From an uncultured Alphaproteobacteria bacterium (lineage in GTDB: Bacteria > Pseudomonadota > Alphaproteobacteria > UBA8366 > JADFVY01): DNA of 64,000 nucleotides. The DNA lies in assembly GCA_947259105.1 (NCBI GenBank), contig CAMYKU010000005.1:9530-73529 (forward strand), written 5' to 3'. A program made the translations under genes and the position numbers. The stretch's first letter is position 1; each line of letters opens with the position of its first letter. Under the pieces are notes generated by a model. The model was not told where the DNA came from and ran no database searches. It saw only the letters and a program-made list of their open reading frames with translations. Below, one piece after another: positions 9,041-18,327 of this stretch.

Positions 9041-11482
9041 ATGACCGACCACAAACCGCTGCCGGTTGAAGAGCTGTTCCGGGCGTGCGACCCGTCGCGC
9101 CTCGGTTTCAAGACGACATCCGAGCTGGAGCCGCTGGAAGAGTTGATTGGGCAGGACCGCGCGGTCGAGGCGGTGGCGTTCGGCATCGGCATCCGGCGCG
9201 ACGGCTTCAACCTGTTCGCCGCCGGCCCGGCCGGTACCGGCAAGCACACGCTGATCGGCGAATTCCTGCAGCGCCAGGCGCGCACCGGACCGGTCCCGGA
9301 CGACTGGTGTTATGTTTACAACTTCCAGGAACCGCGGCGGCCCTACGCGTTGCGATTGCCTGCCGGGCGCGCCCATCCGCTGGCCCGGGACATGGAACGC
9401 CTGACCCTGGATCTGCGCGCCGCCCTGCAAACGACCTTCGAAAGCGAGGATTACCGCAATCGCCGCGAAGCCCTGGCCCAGGAATTCAAAGAGCGCCAGG
9501 AACAGGCGTTCGAAGAGATTCAGCAGCGCGCCAAGGAGCACAGCGTCGCGCTGGTGCGCACGCCGCTTGGACTCGCGCTGGCGCCGCTGCGGGAGGGCCA
9601 GGTGCTGAGCCCCGAAGAGTTCGAGGCACTGCCGGAGGCAGAGCGCGACAAGACCAAGGCGGACCTCAAGGTGCTCGAAGAGGAGCTTCAGGCGACGCTG
9701 CGCCAGGCGCCGCGCTGGGAGCGCGAGCACCGCGACCGCGTCCGCGAGATCAACCGCGAGGTCAGCAGCCTCGCGGTGGGCCATCTGATCGAGGAGATCC
9801 GCAAGAAGCACGCGGATCTCCCGGACGTCATCGAATGGCTCCGGGTGGTTGAGGAAGACGTGGTCGACAAGGCCGAGACGCTGCTTGCCGGGCCACAACA
9901 GACATCCGGCGAGGCGGGCCATCAGCCGCAGACCGCGCATGCGCCGGCCCAGGACGGGGCGATGCGTCACTACACCGTCAACGTGCTGGTCGGCAGCGAC
10001 GGCAGCGACGGCGCGCCGGTCGTTTACGAAGATCACCCGACCTATGGCAACCTGCTGGGCCGGATCGAGCACCGTTCGGAGTTCGGCACTCTCGTCACCG
10101 ACTTCACGCTGATCAAGGCGGGAGCGCTGCACCGCGCCAATGGCGGCTACATGGTGGTGGATGCATACAAGCTGCTGACCCAGCCGTTCAGCTGGGACGG
10201 GCTGAAGCGGGTCCTGCGGGCAGGAGAGATCAGCATCGAGCCGCTGGGCCAGACGTTGAGCCTCGTCGACACCGTGTCGCTGGACCCGCAGCCGATTCCG
10301 CTGGACATCAAGATCGTGCTGGTCGGCGAGCGGATGCTGTACTACCTGCTCTGCGCCTACGATCCGGATTTCAACGAGTTATTCAAGGTCCAGGCGGATT
10401 TCGAGGAGGAAATGCCGCGCGACGGGGCCAATGTGGACCTTTACGCCCGGCTGATCGGCACCATCGTGCGCAACGAGGGTATGCACCCGTTCGACGCCGG
10501 CGCAGTGGCCCGCGTGATCGAGCGCGCGGCGCGGCTTGCGCACGACCGCGGAAAACTGACCACCCACATGCGCAGCATCGCCGACCTGTTGCACGAGGCC
10601 GACTACTGGGCGGAAACCGCCGGGCACGAAACGGTGACGGCCGCGGACGTGACGCGGGCCATCGACGCCCATATCCGCCGCTCCGACCGGCTGCGCGAAA
10701 AGGTGCAGGACTCGATTGCCGAGGGCATCGTGCTGATCGACAGCGCGGGCGCCAAGCCCGGCCAGCTGAACGGCCTGTCGGTGATGCAGCTCGGCGGATA
10801 TTCGTTCGGCCGGCCGAGTCGAATCACGGCGCGCGTCAGCATGGGCCGCGGCCGGGTCATCGACATCGAACGCGAGGTCAAGCTGGGCGGTCCGCTGCAT
10901 TCCAAGGGTGTGCTGATCCTGTCGGGATTCCTTGCCGACCGGTTCGGGCGGGATCGCCCGCTGGCCCTGGCCGCAAGCCTGGTCTTCGAGCAGTCCTACG
11001 GCGGCGTGGACGGTGACAGCGCCTCCTCGACCGAGCTGTACGCCCTGATGTCGGCGCTTTCCGGGGTGCCGGTCAAGCAGGGTTTCGCGGTCACCGGTTC
11101 GGTCAACCAGCGTGGCGAGGTCCAGGCGATCGGCGGCGCCAACGAGAAGATCGAGGGCTTCTTCGACGTCTGCGAGGCGCGCGGGCTGACCGGCGAACAG
11201 GGCGTCCTGATCCCGGCGTCGAACGTGCGTCACCTGATGCTGCGCGAAGACGTGGTCGAGGCCTGCCGCAAGGGCGATTTCGCGATCTACGGCGTGGAAT
11301 CCGTTGACCAGGGCCTGGAGATTCTGACCGGCGTGCCGGCCGGCGAGCCGGACCAGGACGGCGTCTATCCGGACGGCACGATCAACCGCATGGTCGCCGA
11401 CCGGCTGGAGGATTTCGCCGAGAAGGTCCGAAAACTGGGCGGTGAAGGCAGGAACGGGAACAACAACGAAAAAAACGGCTAA
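9041..11482 (+). CDS. Lon-type protease, LonC/LonB-like (AAA-like domain with coiled-coil insertion plus Lon_C)
   Basis: IGQDRA, GPAGTGK, GALHRANGG, FEQSYGGVDGDSAS (catalytic Ser) and GGANEKIEGF (catalytic Lys). Confidence 0.92.
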   Translation: MTDHKPLPVEELFRACDPSRLGFKTTSELEPLEELIGQDRAVEAVAFGIGIRRDGFNLFAAGPAGTGKHTLIGEFLQRQARTGPVPDDWCYVYNFQEPRRPYALRLPAGRAHPLARDMERLTLDLRAALQTTFESEDYRNRREALAQEFKERQEQAFEEIQQRAKEHSVALVRTPLGLALAPLREGQVLSPEEFEALPEAERDKTKADLKVLEEELQATLRQAPRWEREHRDRVREINREVSSLAVGHLIEEIRKKHADLPDVIEWLRVVEEDVVDKAETLLAGPQQTSGEAGHQPQTAHAPAQDGAMRHYTVNVLVGSDGSDGAPVVYEDHPTYGNLLGRIEHRSEFGTLVTDFTLIKAGALHRANGGYMVVDAYKLLTQPFSWDGLKRVLRAGEISIEPLGQTLSLVDTVSLDPQPIPLDIKIVLVGERMLYYLLCAYDPDFNELFKVQADFEEEMPRDGANVDLYARLIGTIVRNEGMHPFDAGAVARVIERAARLAHDRGKLTTHMRSIADLLHEADYWAETAGHETVTAADVTRAIDAHIRRSDRLREKVQDSIAEGIVLIDSAGAKPGQLNGLSVMQLGGYSFGRPSRITARVSMGRGRVIDIEREVKLGGPLHSKGVLILSGFLADRFGRDRPLALAASLVFEQSYGGVDGDSASSTELYALMSALSGVPVKQGFAVTGSVNQRGEVQAIGGANEKIEGFFDVCEARGLTGEQGVLIPASNVRHLMLREDVVEACRKGDFAIYGVESVDQGLEILTGVPAGEPDQDGVYPDGTINRMVADRLEDFAEKVRKLGGEGRNGNNNEKNG

Positions 11483-11486
11483 GGCG

Positions 11487-12080
11487 TCAACGCAGCGACG
11501 TCCGCACCCGCTTCCGCAGATCCGGCAACAGATCCGATTCGAACCACGGGTTCCTTCGCAGCCAGGCCGTATTGCGCCAACTGGGATGCGGCAGCGGCAA
11601 ATACTCGGGGAGGTAATCGCGCCAGGCGGCGACGGTTTCGGTCAGGCTGCGGCGGCGCCGGCGGCCCAGATAGTGCGCCTGGGCATACTGACCGACCAGC
11701 AGGACCAGGCCGAGATCGGGCATGTGGGTGGTCAGGCGCCGGTGCCACAGCGGCGCACATTCGCGTCGCGGCGGCAGGTCGCCGCCGCGCTCATACCGCC
11801 CCGGATAGCAGAATCCGATCGGCAGGATGGCAATGCGGGCCTCGTCGTAGAAAGTCTTGCCGTCCACCGCCAGCCAGTCGCGCAAGCGGTCTCCGGAGCG
11901 ATCGTTCCACGGAATCCCGGTGTCGTGCACGCGCGTGCCCGGCGCCTGCCCGACAATCAGCAGCCGCGCCGTCGGCGACGCCCGGAAGACGGGGCGCGGT
12001 CCCAGAGGCAGATGAGCCATACACAGCGTGCAGGCGCGTGCCGCTTCGACCGCCTGGTCAATCGTTTCCCGGCCGCTCAC
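11487..12080 (-). CDS. Uracil-DNA glycosylase superfamily protein
   Basis: CTLC, VGQAPG, WNDRSGDRLRDWL, FCYPG and LPHPSWRN. GTG start overlaps the cobB stop (GTGA). Confidence 0.9.
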   Translation of the reverse strand: MSGRETIDQAVEAARACTLCMAHLPLGPRPVFRASPTARLLIVGQAPGTRVHDTGIPWNDRSGDRLRDWLAVDGKTFYDEARIAILPIGFCYPGRYERGGDLPPRRECAPLWHRRLTTHMPDLGLVLLVGQYAQAHYLGRRRRRSLTETVAAWRDYLPEYLPLPHPSWRNTAWLRRNPWFESDLLPDLRKRVRTSLR

Positions 12081-12796
12081 GCCATCCCGTCCCGGGCCAG
12101 CGTCCCGAACCAGTCCGGCACGAGGGTTCCGGCCGGGCCGTAGATCGCTTCCTCGAACAGGGTCGCGCCCTCGGACGGCTCCAGATTCAGTTCCACCGTC
12201 CGTGCGCCGGCCATGCGGGCCGACTGCACGAAACCGGCGGCGGGGTATACGTTGCCGGACGTGCCGATCGAGACGAACAGATCGCACGCCTCGAGCGCCG
12301 CATAGATGCGGTCCATTTCGAACGGCATCTCGCCGAACCAGACCACGTGCGGGCGCATGACTCCCAGCTCGCCGCAGGCAGCGCACGGAGTCTCGACGAG
12401 CAGATCGGCGCGGCATTCCACGATATTGCCGCAGCGGTCGCAGCGCGCCTTCAGCATTTCGCCATGCATGTGGATCAGGTTGCGGCTGCCGGCGCGCTCG
12501 TGGAGATCGTCGATATTCTGGGTCACCAGCAGGAACGCCCCCGGCCAGCCGGCTTCGAATTCGGCCAGCGCCAGATGCGCCGGGTTCGGCGCGATCTCGT
12601 TGCTCACCAGTTTGCGCCGCCGCGTGTTGTAGAACTCCTGCACGCGTATGGGATTGCGCCGGAACGCCTCGGGCGTGGCGACGTCCTCGATCTTCACCGT
12701 GGCCCAGATGCCGTCGGCATCGCGGAAGGTGTGCAGGCCCGACTCGCGGGATATCCCGGCGCCGGTCAGCACGACGATTGAGCGGGGTTCAGCCAT
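12077..12796 (-). CDS. cobB: NAD-dependent protein deacylase (sirtuin)
   Basis: LTGAGISRESG, TQNIDDLHERAG, HMHG, two CxxC pairs, RPHVVWFGE and GTSGNVYPAA. Confidence 0.95.
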   Translation of the reverse strand: MAEPRSIVVLTGAGISRESGLHTFRDADGIWATVKIEDVATPEAFRRNPIRVQEFYNTRRRKLVSNEIAPNPAHLALAEFEAGWPGAFLLVTQNIDDLHERAGSRNLIHMHGEMLKARCDRCGNIVECRADLLVETPCAACGELGVMRPHVVWFGEMPFEMDRIYAALEACDLFVSIGTSGNVYPAAGFVQSARMAGARTVELNLEPSEGATLFEEAIYGPAGTLVPDWFGTLARDGMA

Positions 12797-12845
12797 AACG
12801 CCGGGCATGCTAAACCAAACGCCCGAAACCGCAAACGGGAAGCGC

Positions 12846-13319
12846 ATGATCCGGATCCTGTTCGTCTGCACCGGCAATATCTGCCGCTCGCCTACCGCCG
12901 AAGGCGTGTTCCGGCATTTGGTGGCCGAGGCCGGCCTGGCAGACAAGATTGCAACCGACTCCGTCGGCCTCGAAGGCTGGCACGTGGGCAGCCCGCCGGA
13001 TTCGCGCTCTACCCGGGCGGCGGCGCAACGCGGGTTCGATATCGCCGACCTGCGCGCCCGGCTGCTGATACGCGACGACTTCGACCGCTTCGACCTGCTG
13101 CTGGCCATGGATAACGGCCATTTCCGGGACATGGCCGGCCGCGCACCGCGGCAGCATGCCGGCAAAGTGCGCATGTTCATGGAGGCCGCGCACGGCGACG
13201 CGGCGCTATCGGTGCCCGACCCCTATTACGGCGCAAGCGACGGATTCGAGCAGGCGCTCGACATGATCGACGAAGGCGCGCGCGCCTGGCTGAAGGAGCT
13301 GGAGGAGAACTGGCTGTGA
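12846..13319 (+). CDS. Low-molecular-weight protein-tyrosine phosphatase
   Basis: FVCTGNICRSP P-loop and VPDPYYG. Confidence 0.95.
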   Translation: MIRILFVCTGNICRSPTAEGVFRHLVAEAGLADKIATDSVGLEGWHVGSPPDSRSTRAAAQRGFDIADLRARLLIRDDFDRFDLLLAMDNGHFRDMAGRAPRQHAGKVRMFMEAAHGDAALSVPDPYYGASDGFEQALDMIDEGARAWLKELEENWL

Positions 13320-14170
13320 CGCCCGCCGCGCGCCGGGCGGTAACGGAGGCCGCGGGTGCCGCGGTCAGCCATGCAAGCCCGGTTTCCGGCGGCTGCATCG
13401 GTGAGGTCTGGCGGGTGACGCTCGCCGACGGGCGGGAACTGGCGGCCAAGACCGCGGGTCCCGACGGAACGCTCGATATCGAAGGCTACATGCTGGACTA
13501 TCTCGCACGTACGAACACCGTGCCCGTGCCGGACGTCATCCACGCCGCGCCGGGCCTGCTCGTCATCTCGTGGATCGCGACCGCCGGGCACCTGACGGGC
13601 AGCGCACAGGAGCATGCGGCGGACCTGCTGGCCGCGCTGCACGGCATCACGGCCGATGCGTACGGGCATGAACGGGATACGCTGATCGGCCCGCTGCACC
13701 AGCCCAACCCCTGGACCGGCTCCTGGATCGCCTTCTTCCGCGACCACCGGCTGCTTCACATGGGGCGGCAAGCCTTGGACAAAGGGACGTTGCGGCGCGA
13801 AACGTACGGCCGCCTGGAGGCGTTCTGCACCAACAGGATCGACACGTACATCGAGGAGCCGGACCGGCCGTCGCTGATCCATGGCGACATGTGGGGCGGC
13901 AACGTGCTGGTCCGCGATGACCGCATCGCCGGTTTCATCGACCCGGCGATCTACCACGCCGATCCCGAGATCGAGCTCGCCTTTTCCACCCTGTTCGGCA
14001 CATACGGCGATCCGTTCTTCCGGCGCTATCAAGAGCACCGCCCGATCCGCCCCGGCTTCTTCGAGGCCCGCCGCGACATCTACAACCTCTACCCGCTGCT
14101 GGTGCACACAAGGCTGTTCGGCGGGCATTACGCATCACAGGTAGACGGGATTCTGCGGCGGTTCGGGTAA
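13316..14170 (+). CDS. Fructosamine kinase family protein
   Basis: VSGGCI, PSLIHGDMWGGN, FIDPAIY and YNLYPLLVH..LFG. GTGA overlap with the LMW-PTP gene. Confidence 0.92.
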   Translation: MTPAARRAVTEAAGAAVSHASPVSGGCIGEVWRVTLADGRELAAKTAGPDGTLDIEGYMLDYLARTNTVPVPDVIHAAPGLLVISWIATAGHLTGSAQEHAADLLAALHGITADAYGHERDTLIGPLHQPNPWTGSWIAFFRDHRLLHMGRQALDKGTLRRETYGRLEAFCTNRIDTYIEEPDRPSLIHGDMWGGNVLVRDDRIAGFIDPAIYHADPEIELAFSTLFGTYGDPFFRRYQEHRPIRPGFFEARRDIYNLYPLLVHTRLFGGHYASQVDGILRRFG

Positions 14171-14191
14171 CGCTCGATGTGGATTGAAAAT

Positions 14192-14256
14192 TAAGATCAA
14201 TCTATTGATCTTATCAAAACATCGAGTTATATTAAGATCAACGAAATGATCTTAAT
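14192..14256. promoter_or_regulatory. Two identical palindromic operator-like sites TAAGATCA-N6-TGATCTTA
   Basis: Sites at 14192-14213 and 14233-14254, 41 bp apart, in the AT-rich gap just upstream of ATG 14265. Confidence 0.7.
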
Positions 14257-14264
14257 AGGATGCC

Positions 14265-15878
14265 ATGCGCGAAATCACTCAAGTTGAAATCAAGAAACGT
14301 CTCGCCTTCGACAATCCATGGTGGGAGAGCGGCACGGTGGACGCGCGTTTCCGAGACTGGCCCAAGCGCGCCTATTTCGATGGTTTTATGGCATTGTTGG
14401 AGCAGGTCAATGTACGGCGCGCCATTGTTCTGATGGGACCGCGCCGGGTTGGCAAGACGGTAATGATCCAGCAGTCGATCCACCGCCTTATCGATGACGG
14501 TACGGAACCGCGGTCGATCCTTTACGCCTCTGTCGATACACCGATTTACACTGGATTAAGCCTCGAACATCTATTCGATCTCTTTTGTGAGATACATGGA
14601 CATGACCGCAGGACGAAGCTCTTCGTACTCTATGACGAGATCCAGTATCATCCTGACTGGGAACGGCACCTCAAGTCACTCGTCGATTCATTCTCGTCCG
14701 TGAAATTCGTGGCTTCCGGATCAGCCGCCGCAGCCCTCAAAATGAAGAGTCAGGAATCCGGTGCGGGCCGGTTCACCGAGTTTCTTTTGCCGCCACTCAG
14801 CTTCGGGGAATTCCTGAAGTTTCGCCCAGACGTATCCGACTTCGAAATGGCGCTGACCGATCCGACCCGTCCTGACCGATTAAACCCAGATTTTGTCGAC
14901 TATATCAACTTTGGCGGCTTCCCAGAGGCGGTTCTGGATGAACAAGTGCGCGACACAATGGACCGGTATATCGCCAACGATATCATAGATAAGGTGTTGC
15001 TGCGCGACTTGCCGAGCTTGTACGGCATAGCTGACACACAGGAACTCAAGCGATTTTTCTCTGTGCTTGCCTATAATTCTGGTGGGGAAATCAGCCTGGA
15101 AGGGCTTTCCAAATCCTCGGGTGTGGCCAAGAATACAATCCGGAAGTATCTCGACTACCTGGAAGCTGCATTCCTGATTCACCGCTTGTACCGGGTCGAT
15201 GAGAATGCGCGACGATTCAAGCGAAATAGTTTCTTCAAGGTCTATCTGACCAACCCATCGATCCGCTCGGCCCTGTTCGAGCCGGTTGGACCGGACGACG
15301 AGGCGATGGGCGGTATGGCCGAAACAGCGGTCGTGGCCCAGATAGCACAAACGGCATGGTCGGAAACATTCCATTATGCTCGCTGGAAACATGGCAAAAA
15401 TGAAGGAGAAGTTGATCTAGTAGTGCTTGACGCACGTGGTCAACGTGCCGCCTTGGCAGTCGAGATCAAATGGGCTGATCGTGCTGTAGAGCGGCCCGCC
15501 CGGGAGCACCACAGCCTCATCGACTTCTGCGAACGAAATCGGCTGACTCTCGCTTTTGCGTCAACGCGAAGCAAGTTCGGGCGGCATGAAACGGACGAGC
15601 TACTACTGTACTTCGTGCCAACCGCCTTCATTTGCCTCAATTTCGCGGAGGTGCTTGATATGCTGCTACGCAGTGGCGTCCATCCTGCTACCGACGAACT
15701 TCTCGGTGATGAAGGCAAGGCGACGGCGGCTGTCGCTAAGAAACTAAAGGAAATCGATCGTTTGGACCGGCGTACATTTGAGAGGTGGATGACCGACCCA
15801 GACGGGGTGGAGGCCTTTCGCAAGGTTCTTGAAAAGGTACCGGACCACCCGCCAATCGAAGGCGACGAGACCGCGTAA
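14265..15878 (+). CDS. AAA_14-type ATPase with winged HTH and DUF4143 PD-(D/E)XK-like C-terminal domain
   Basis: NPWW N-terminus, Walker A GPRRVGKT, Walker B LYDEIQ, SGS, ESGAGR, GGFPE, HTH SLEGLSKSSGVAKNTIRKYLDYLE and EVDLV...VEIKW. Visibly more A/T-ending codons than its neighbours. Confidence 0.88.
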   Translation: MREITQVEIKKRLAFDNPWWESGTVDARFRDWPKRAYFDGFMALLEQVNVRRAIVLMGPRRVGKTVMIQQSIHRLIDDGTEPRSILYASVDTPIYTGLSLEHLFDLFCEIHGHDRRTKLFVLYDEIQYHPDWERHLKSLVDSFSSVKFVASGSAAAALKMKSQESGAGRFTEFLLPPLSFGEFLKFRPDVSDFEMALTDPTRPDRLNPDFVDYINFGGFPEAVLDEQVRDTMDRYIANDIIDKVLLRDLPSLYGIADTQELKRFFSVLAYNSGGEISLEGLSKSSGVAKNTIRKYLDYLEAAFLIHRLYRVDENARRFKRNSFFKVYLTNPSIRSALFEPVGPDDEAMGGMAETAVVAQIAQTAWSETFHYARWKHGKNEGEVDLVVLDARGQRAALAVEIKWADRAVERPAREHHSLIDFCERNRLTLAFASTRSKFGRHETDELLLYFVPTAFICLNFAEVLDMLLRSGVHPATDELLGDEGKATAAVAKKLKEIDRLDRRTFERWMTDPDGVEAFRKVLEKVPDHPPIEGDETA

Positions 15879-15884
15879 CCCGCC

Positions 15885-16424
15885 CTACCCGTCCAGCGGG
15901 TAGCGCGCCTCTTCGACATAGATCGCGCCGCTGGATGACAGGAAGCTGGAGAACAGCACGAACCGCTCCACCGGAAACGGGGCGGAGCGGAAGGCGCCGT
16001 GCGCCGTCGCCCAGTCCTCGACGCGGCCCTTGCGGATGTCCTTGAGGCGCGCGATCGTCACGTGGGGCGAAAACTTGCGGCTCTCAGGCTCCAGCCCCGC
16101 CCGCACCAGCGCCGATTCGATCTTCGACTGCAGGCGCGCCAGCGGCTCCGATTTCGCCACCCCCACCCACAGCGCGTGGGGATGCTTGCCGCGGGCGAAA
16201 TTGCCGATACCGTCCAGCTGAAGCGTGAATCCCGGCGCGCCGATACCCGCCAGCGCAAGGTCGATATCGCCGGCGATATCGTTCGGCACGTCGCCGATGA
16301 AGCGGAGCGTCAGGTGGATATTCTCCGGCTTGATCCAGCGTGCGCCCTGCAATCCGGACTGCAGCATCGAGAGTTGCGTGCGGATCGTGCCGGGCAGCGG
16401 AATCGCCACGAACAGTCTGATCAT
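15885..16424 (-). CDS. thpR: RNA 2',3'-cyclic phosphodiesterase (2H phosphoesterase)
   Basis: MIRLFVAI, HLTLRFIG and FSPHVTIAR (two HxT motifs). Confidence 0.93.
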   Translation of the reverse strand: MIRLFVAIPLPGTIRTQLSMLQSGLQGARWIKPENIHLTLRFIGDVPNDIAGDIDLALAGIGAPGFTLQLDGIGNFARGKHPHALWVGVAKSEPLARLQSKIESALVRAGLEPESRKFSPHVTIARLKDIRKGRVEDWATAHGAFRSAPFPVERFVLFSSFLSSSGAIYVEEARYPLDG

Positions 16425-16440
16425 AATCTGAAGACGTATA

Positions 16441-17568
16441 TTACAGGAACAGCGTGAGCACGCCCGAATAGCCGTATAGGCGATTGTGGTTGATTTCGCC
16501 GTTGGCGAACAGGCCGGCGATCGGGAATTCGCCCAGTTCGTCGGCGATGATCTTCATCTCGCGGCTGCCCGGCCCGAACTGGTTCGGCCCCCGGGCGACG
16601 CAGGTATAGTAAAGCGCGCCCCGGACGCCGTTCGCGGTACGCTGCTTCAGGCGGCCAAGCATGCGGCGCAGATCTTCGCTGGCGCTGCTTTCGTCGCGGC
16701 GGCAGAACATGACCCGGTCCCCCGCCGACACCACGTCGCCGATCGCCAGCAATCCGTTGTCGCGGTCGATGCCCATCAGGTTGCGCACCAGGTAGTCGCC
16801 GGTATCGGACCCGGTCACCGGCAGCGCCGCGAAGATATATCCCCCGACCCGCCGCAGGTCACGGGCCAGGACATCGCCGATATCGTCCTGGAAAACCTCC
16901 AGCGCCGGCTGGTCGTCCAGTTCGATCAGCACATTGCCGTCGGCGCGGGTCACGGTATGGGCCGGCCCGATGGGCGAGCATCCCTGGGTCAGGCCGACGG
17001 CAACCGGCAGCGCGTAGGGCGAGAGCAGCACGCCCGACAGCCCGCCCGACATGGCGCCGCCCGCGACCTGCATCGCACCGGTCTCGCCGGAGGTCAGCCC
17101 GCCGACCAGGTAGGCGTTGGCGCGTTCGGAAAATTCGCCGACCAGATCCTGCACCTGCATATTCCCGGGATCGGCGTGCACCACGGCAAGCGGCGGGTCG
17201 TTGGCGGCCAGCCAGTCCCGGTTCTCTTCCACCACCTCCCCGACGCCAGTTTTGACGCCGCCGAACAGGCGATACCCCTCTGCATCGATCGGCATCACCA
17301 GCACCGAAATCGCGGGCTCGTCGAAGTACTCTGCGCGGAAGCCGCATACGCCCATGCCCACGGCGCCGACCCAGTGCGGCACGCCGGTGCTCTGACGCAG
17401 CAGCACCTCTATGTCCGCCAGCTCCGCGGCAAAGGACTCGGTCACGTAGACGAAGCCCAGCTGGTGCTCGGGGCCGAGCTTGCCGAGACCAACGACAATC
17501 TTGCCTACGGCATCCTGCCAGCGCGGCGTCGCCGCCGCGGCCGCCCTGAATTCGCCCGTATCGCTCAT
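16441..17568 (-). CDS. FIST N/C domain signal-transduction protein
   Basis: TQGCSPIG, YLVRNLMGID, YYTCVARG, GLFANGEI and YGYSGV. Confidence 0.9.
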   Translation of the reverse strand: MSDTGEFRAAAAATPRWQDAVGKIVVGLGKLGPEHQLGFVYVTESFAAELADIEVLLRQSTGVPHWVGAVGMGVCGFRAEYFDEPAISVLVMPIDAEGYRLFGGVKTGVGEVVEENRDWLAANDPPLAVVHADPGNMQVQDLVGEFSERANAYLVGGLTSGETGAMQVAGGAMSGGLSGVLLSPYALPVAVGLTQGCSPIGPAHTVTRADGNVLIELDDQPALEVFQDDIGDVLARDLRRVGGYIFAALPVTGSDTGDYLVRNLMGIDRDNGLLAIGDVVSAGDRVMFCRRDESSASEDLRRMLGRLKQRTANGVRGALYYTCVARGPNQFGPGSREMKIIADELGEFPIAGLFANGEINHNRLYGYSGVLTLFL

Positions 17569-18257
17569 CGCCCGGCCTCCGTCAGCGCATTCGTCACCAC
17601 CGGCAGGATGTTCTCGACGATGACGGCTATTCCCTCTGCCGTTGGATGAATACCGTCCTCCTGGTTCAGCGCCGGGTTCGCCGCCACCCCCTCGAGGAAA
17701 AACGGATAATAGGCGACGTCATGCTTTTCCGCGAGCTCGGTGTAGAGCGCCGAAAACGCCGCGCCGTACTCCGACCCCAGATTCGGGGGCGCCCGCATGC
17801 CGGCCAGAACGACGTCGGCGCCGGCCGCACGGATGCGCGCGACGATCGCATCCAGATTGCGGCGCGTGACGGCGGGGTCCAGGCCCCTCAGGCTGTCATT
17901 CGCGCCAAGCTCGACGATCACGAGGTCGGGTCTCTCCGCGAGCAGCCAGTCCAGCCGCGCGAGGCCGCCCGCACTGGTATCGCCCGACACCCCACCGTTG
18001 AGGACCCGTGCGGCGACGCCGTTGCGCGCCAATGCGGCTTCCAGCTGCGACGGGAAGCTTTTCTCCGGCGCCAGTCCATAGCCCGCCGTCAGGCTGTCGC
18101 CAAGCGCCAGAATAACCGGGGATCCTCTCATCTCCGCAGCCGCCGGGGCGGCAAGAAACGCAATCAGGATAATCGCAGGCAGCAGAACCCGGGCCGGATT
18201 GAATCTCGACCCGGCAGCGCAATATATGGTGGAGCCGTGGCGCGGTTTCGGGTTCAT
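17565..18257 (-). CDS. tesA: Periplasmic SGNH arylesterase / acyl-CoA thioesterase I
   Basis: GDSLTAGYG, GVSGDTS, ELGAND and DGIHP. Signal-like hydrophobic stretch. Divergent from a ybbA/ybbP-like pair. Start uncertain. Confidence 0.88.
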   Translation of the reverse strand: MNPKPRHGSTIYCAAGSRFNPARVLLPAIILIAFLAAPAAAEMRGSPVILALGDSLTAGYGLAPEKSFPSQLEAALARNGVAARVLNGGVSGDTSAGGLARLDWLLAERPDLVIVELGANDSLRGLDPAVTRRNLDAIVARIRAAGADVVLAGMRAPPNLGSEYGAAFSALYTELAEKHDVAYYPFFLEGVAANPALNQEDGIHPTAEGIAVIVENILPVVTNALTEAGR

Positions 18258-18327
18258 CGACGGTCCTGTCGTGCGTCCATCTGCAAACAACGAAGATATA
18301 ACGGACGAATTCCCTATCTAATTGGCT

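Noticed and set aside
14196-14217. FNR/FixK-like half sites (ATCAA, TTGAT) in the twin palindrome region
   Set aside because: The orientation is inverted (ATCAA-N4-TTGAT) or the spacing is 3 (TTGAT-CTT-ATCAA), not TTGAT-N4-ATCAA.
14160-15890. IS or transposon boundaries around the AAA/DUF4143 gene
   Set aside because: No transposase, terminal inverted repeats or convincing target duplication. Only a short GTAAC is shared at the two stops.
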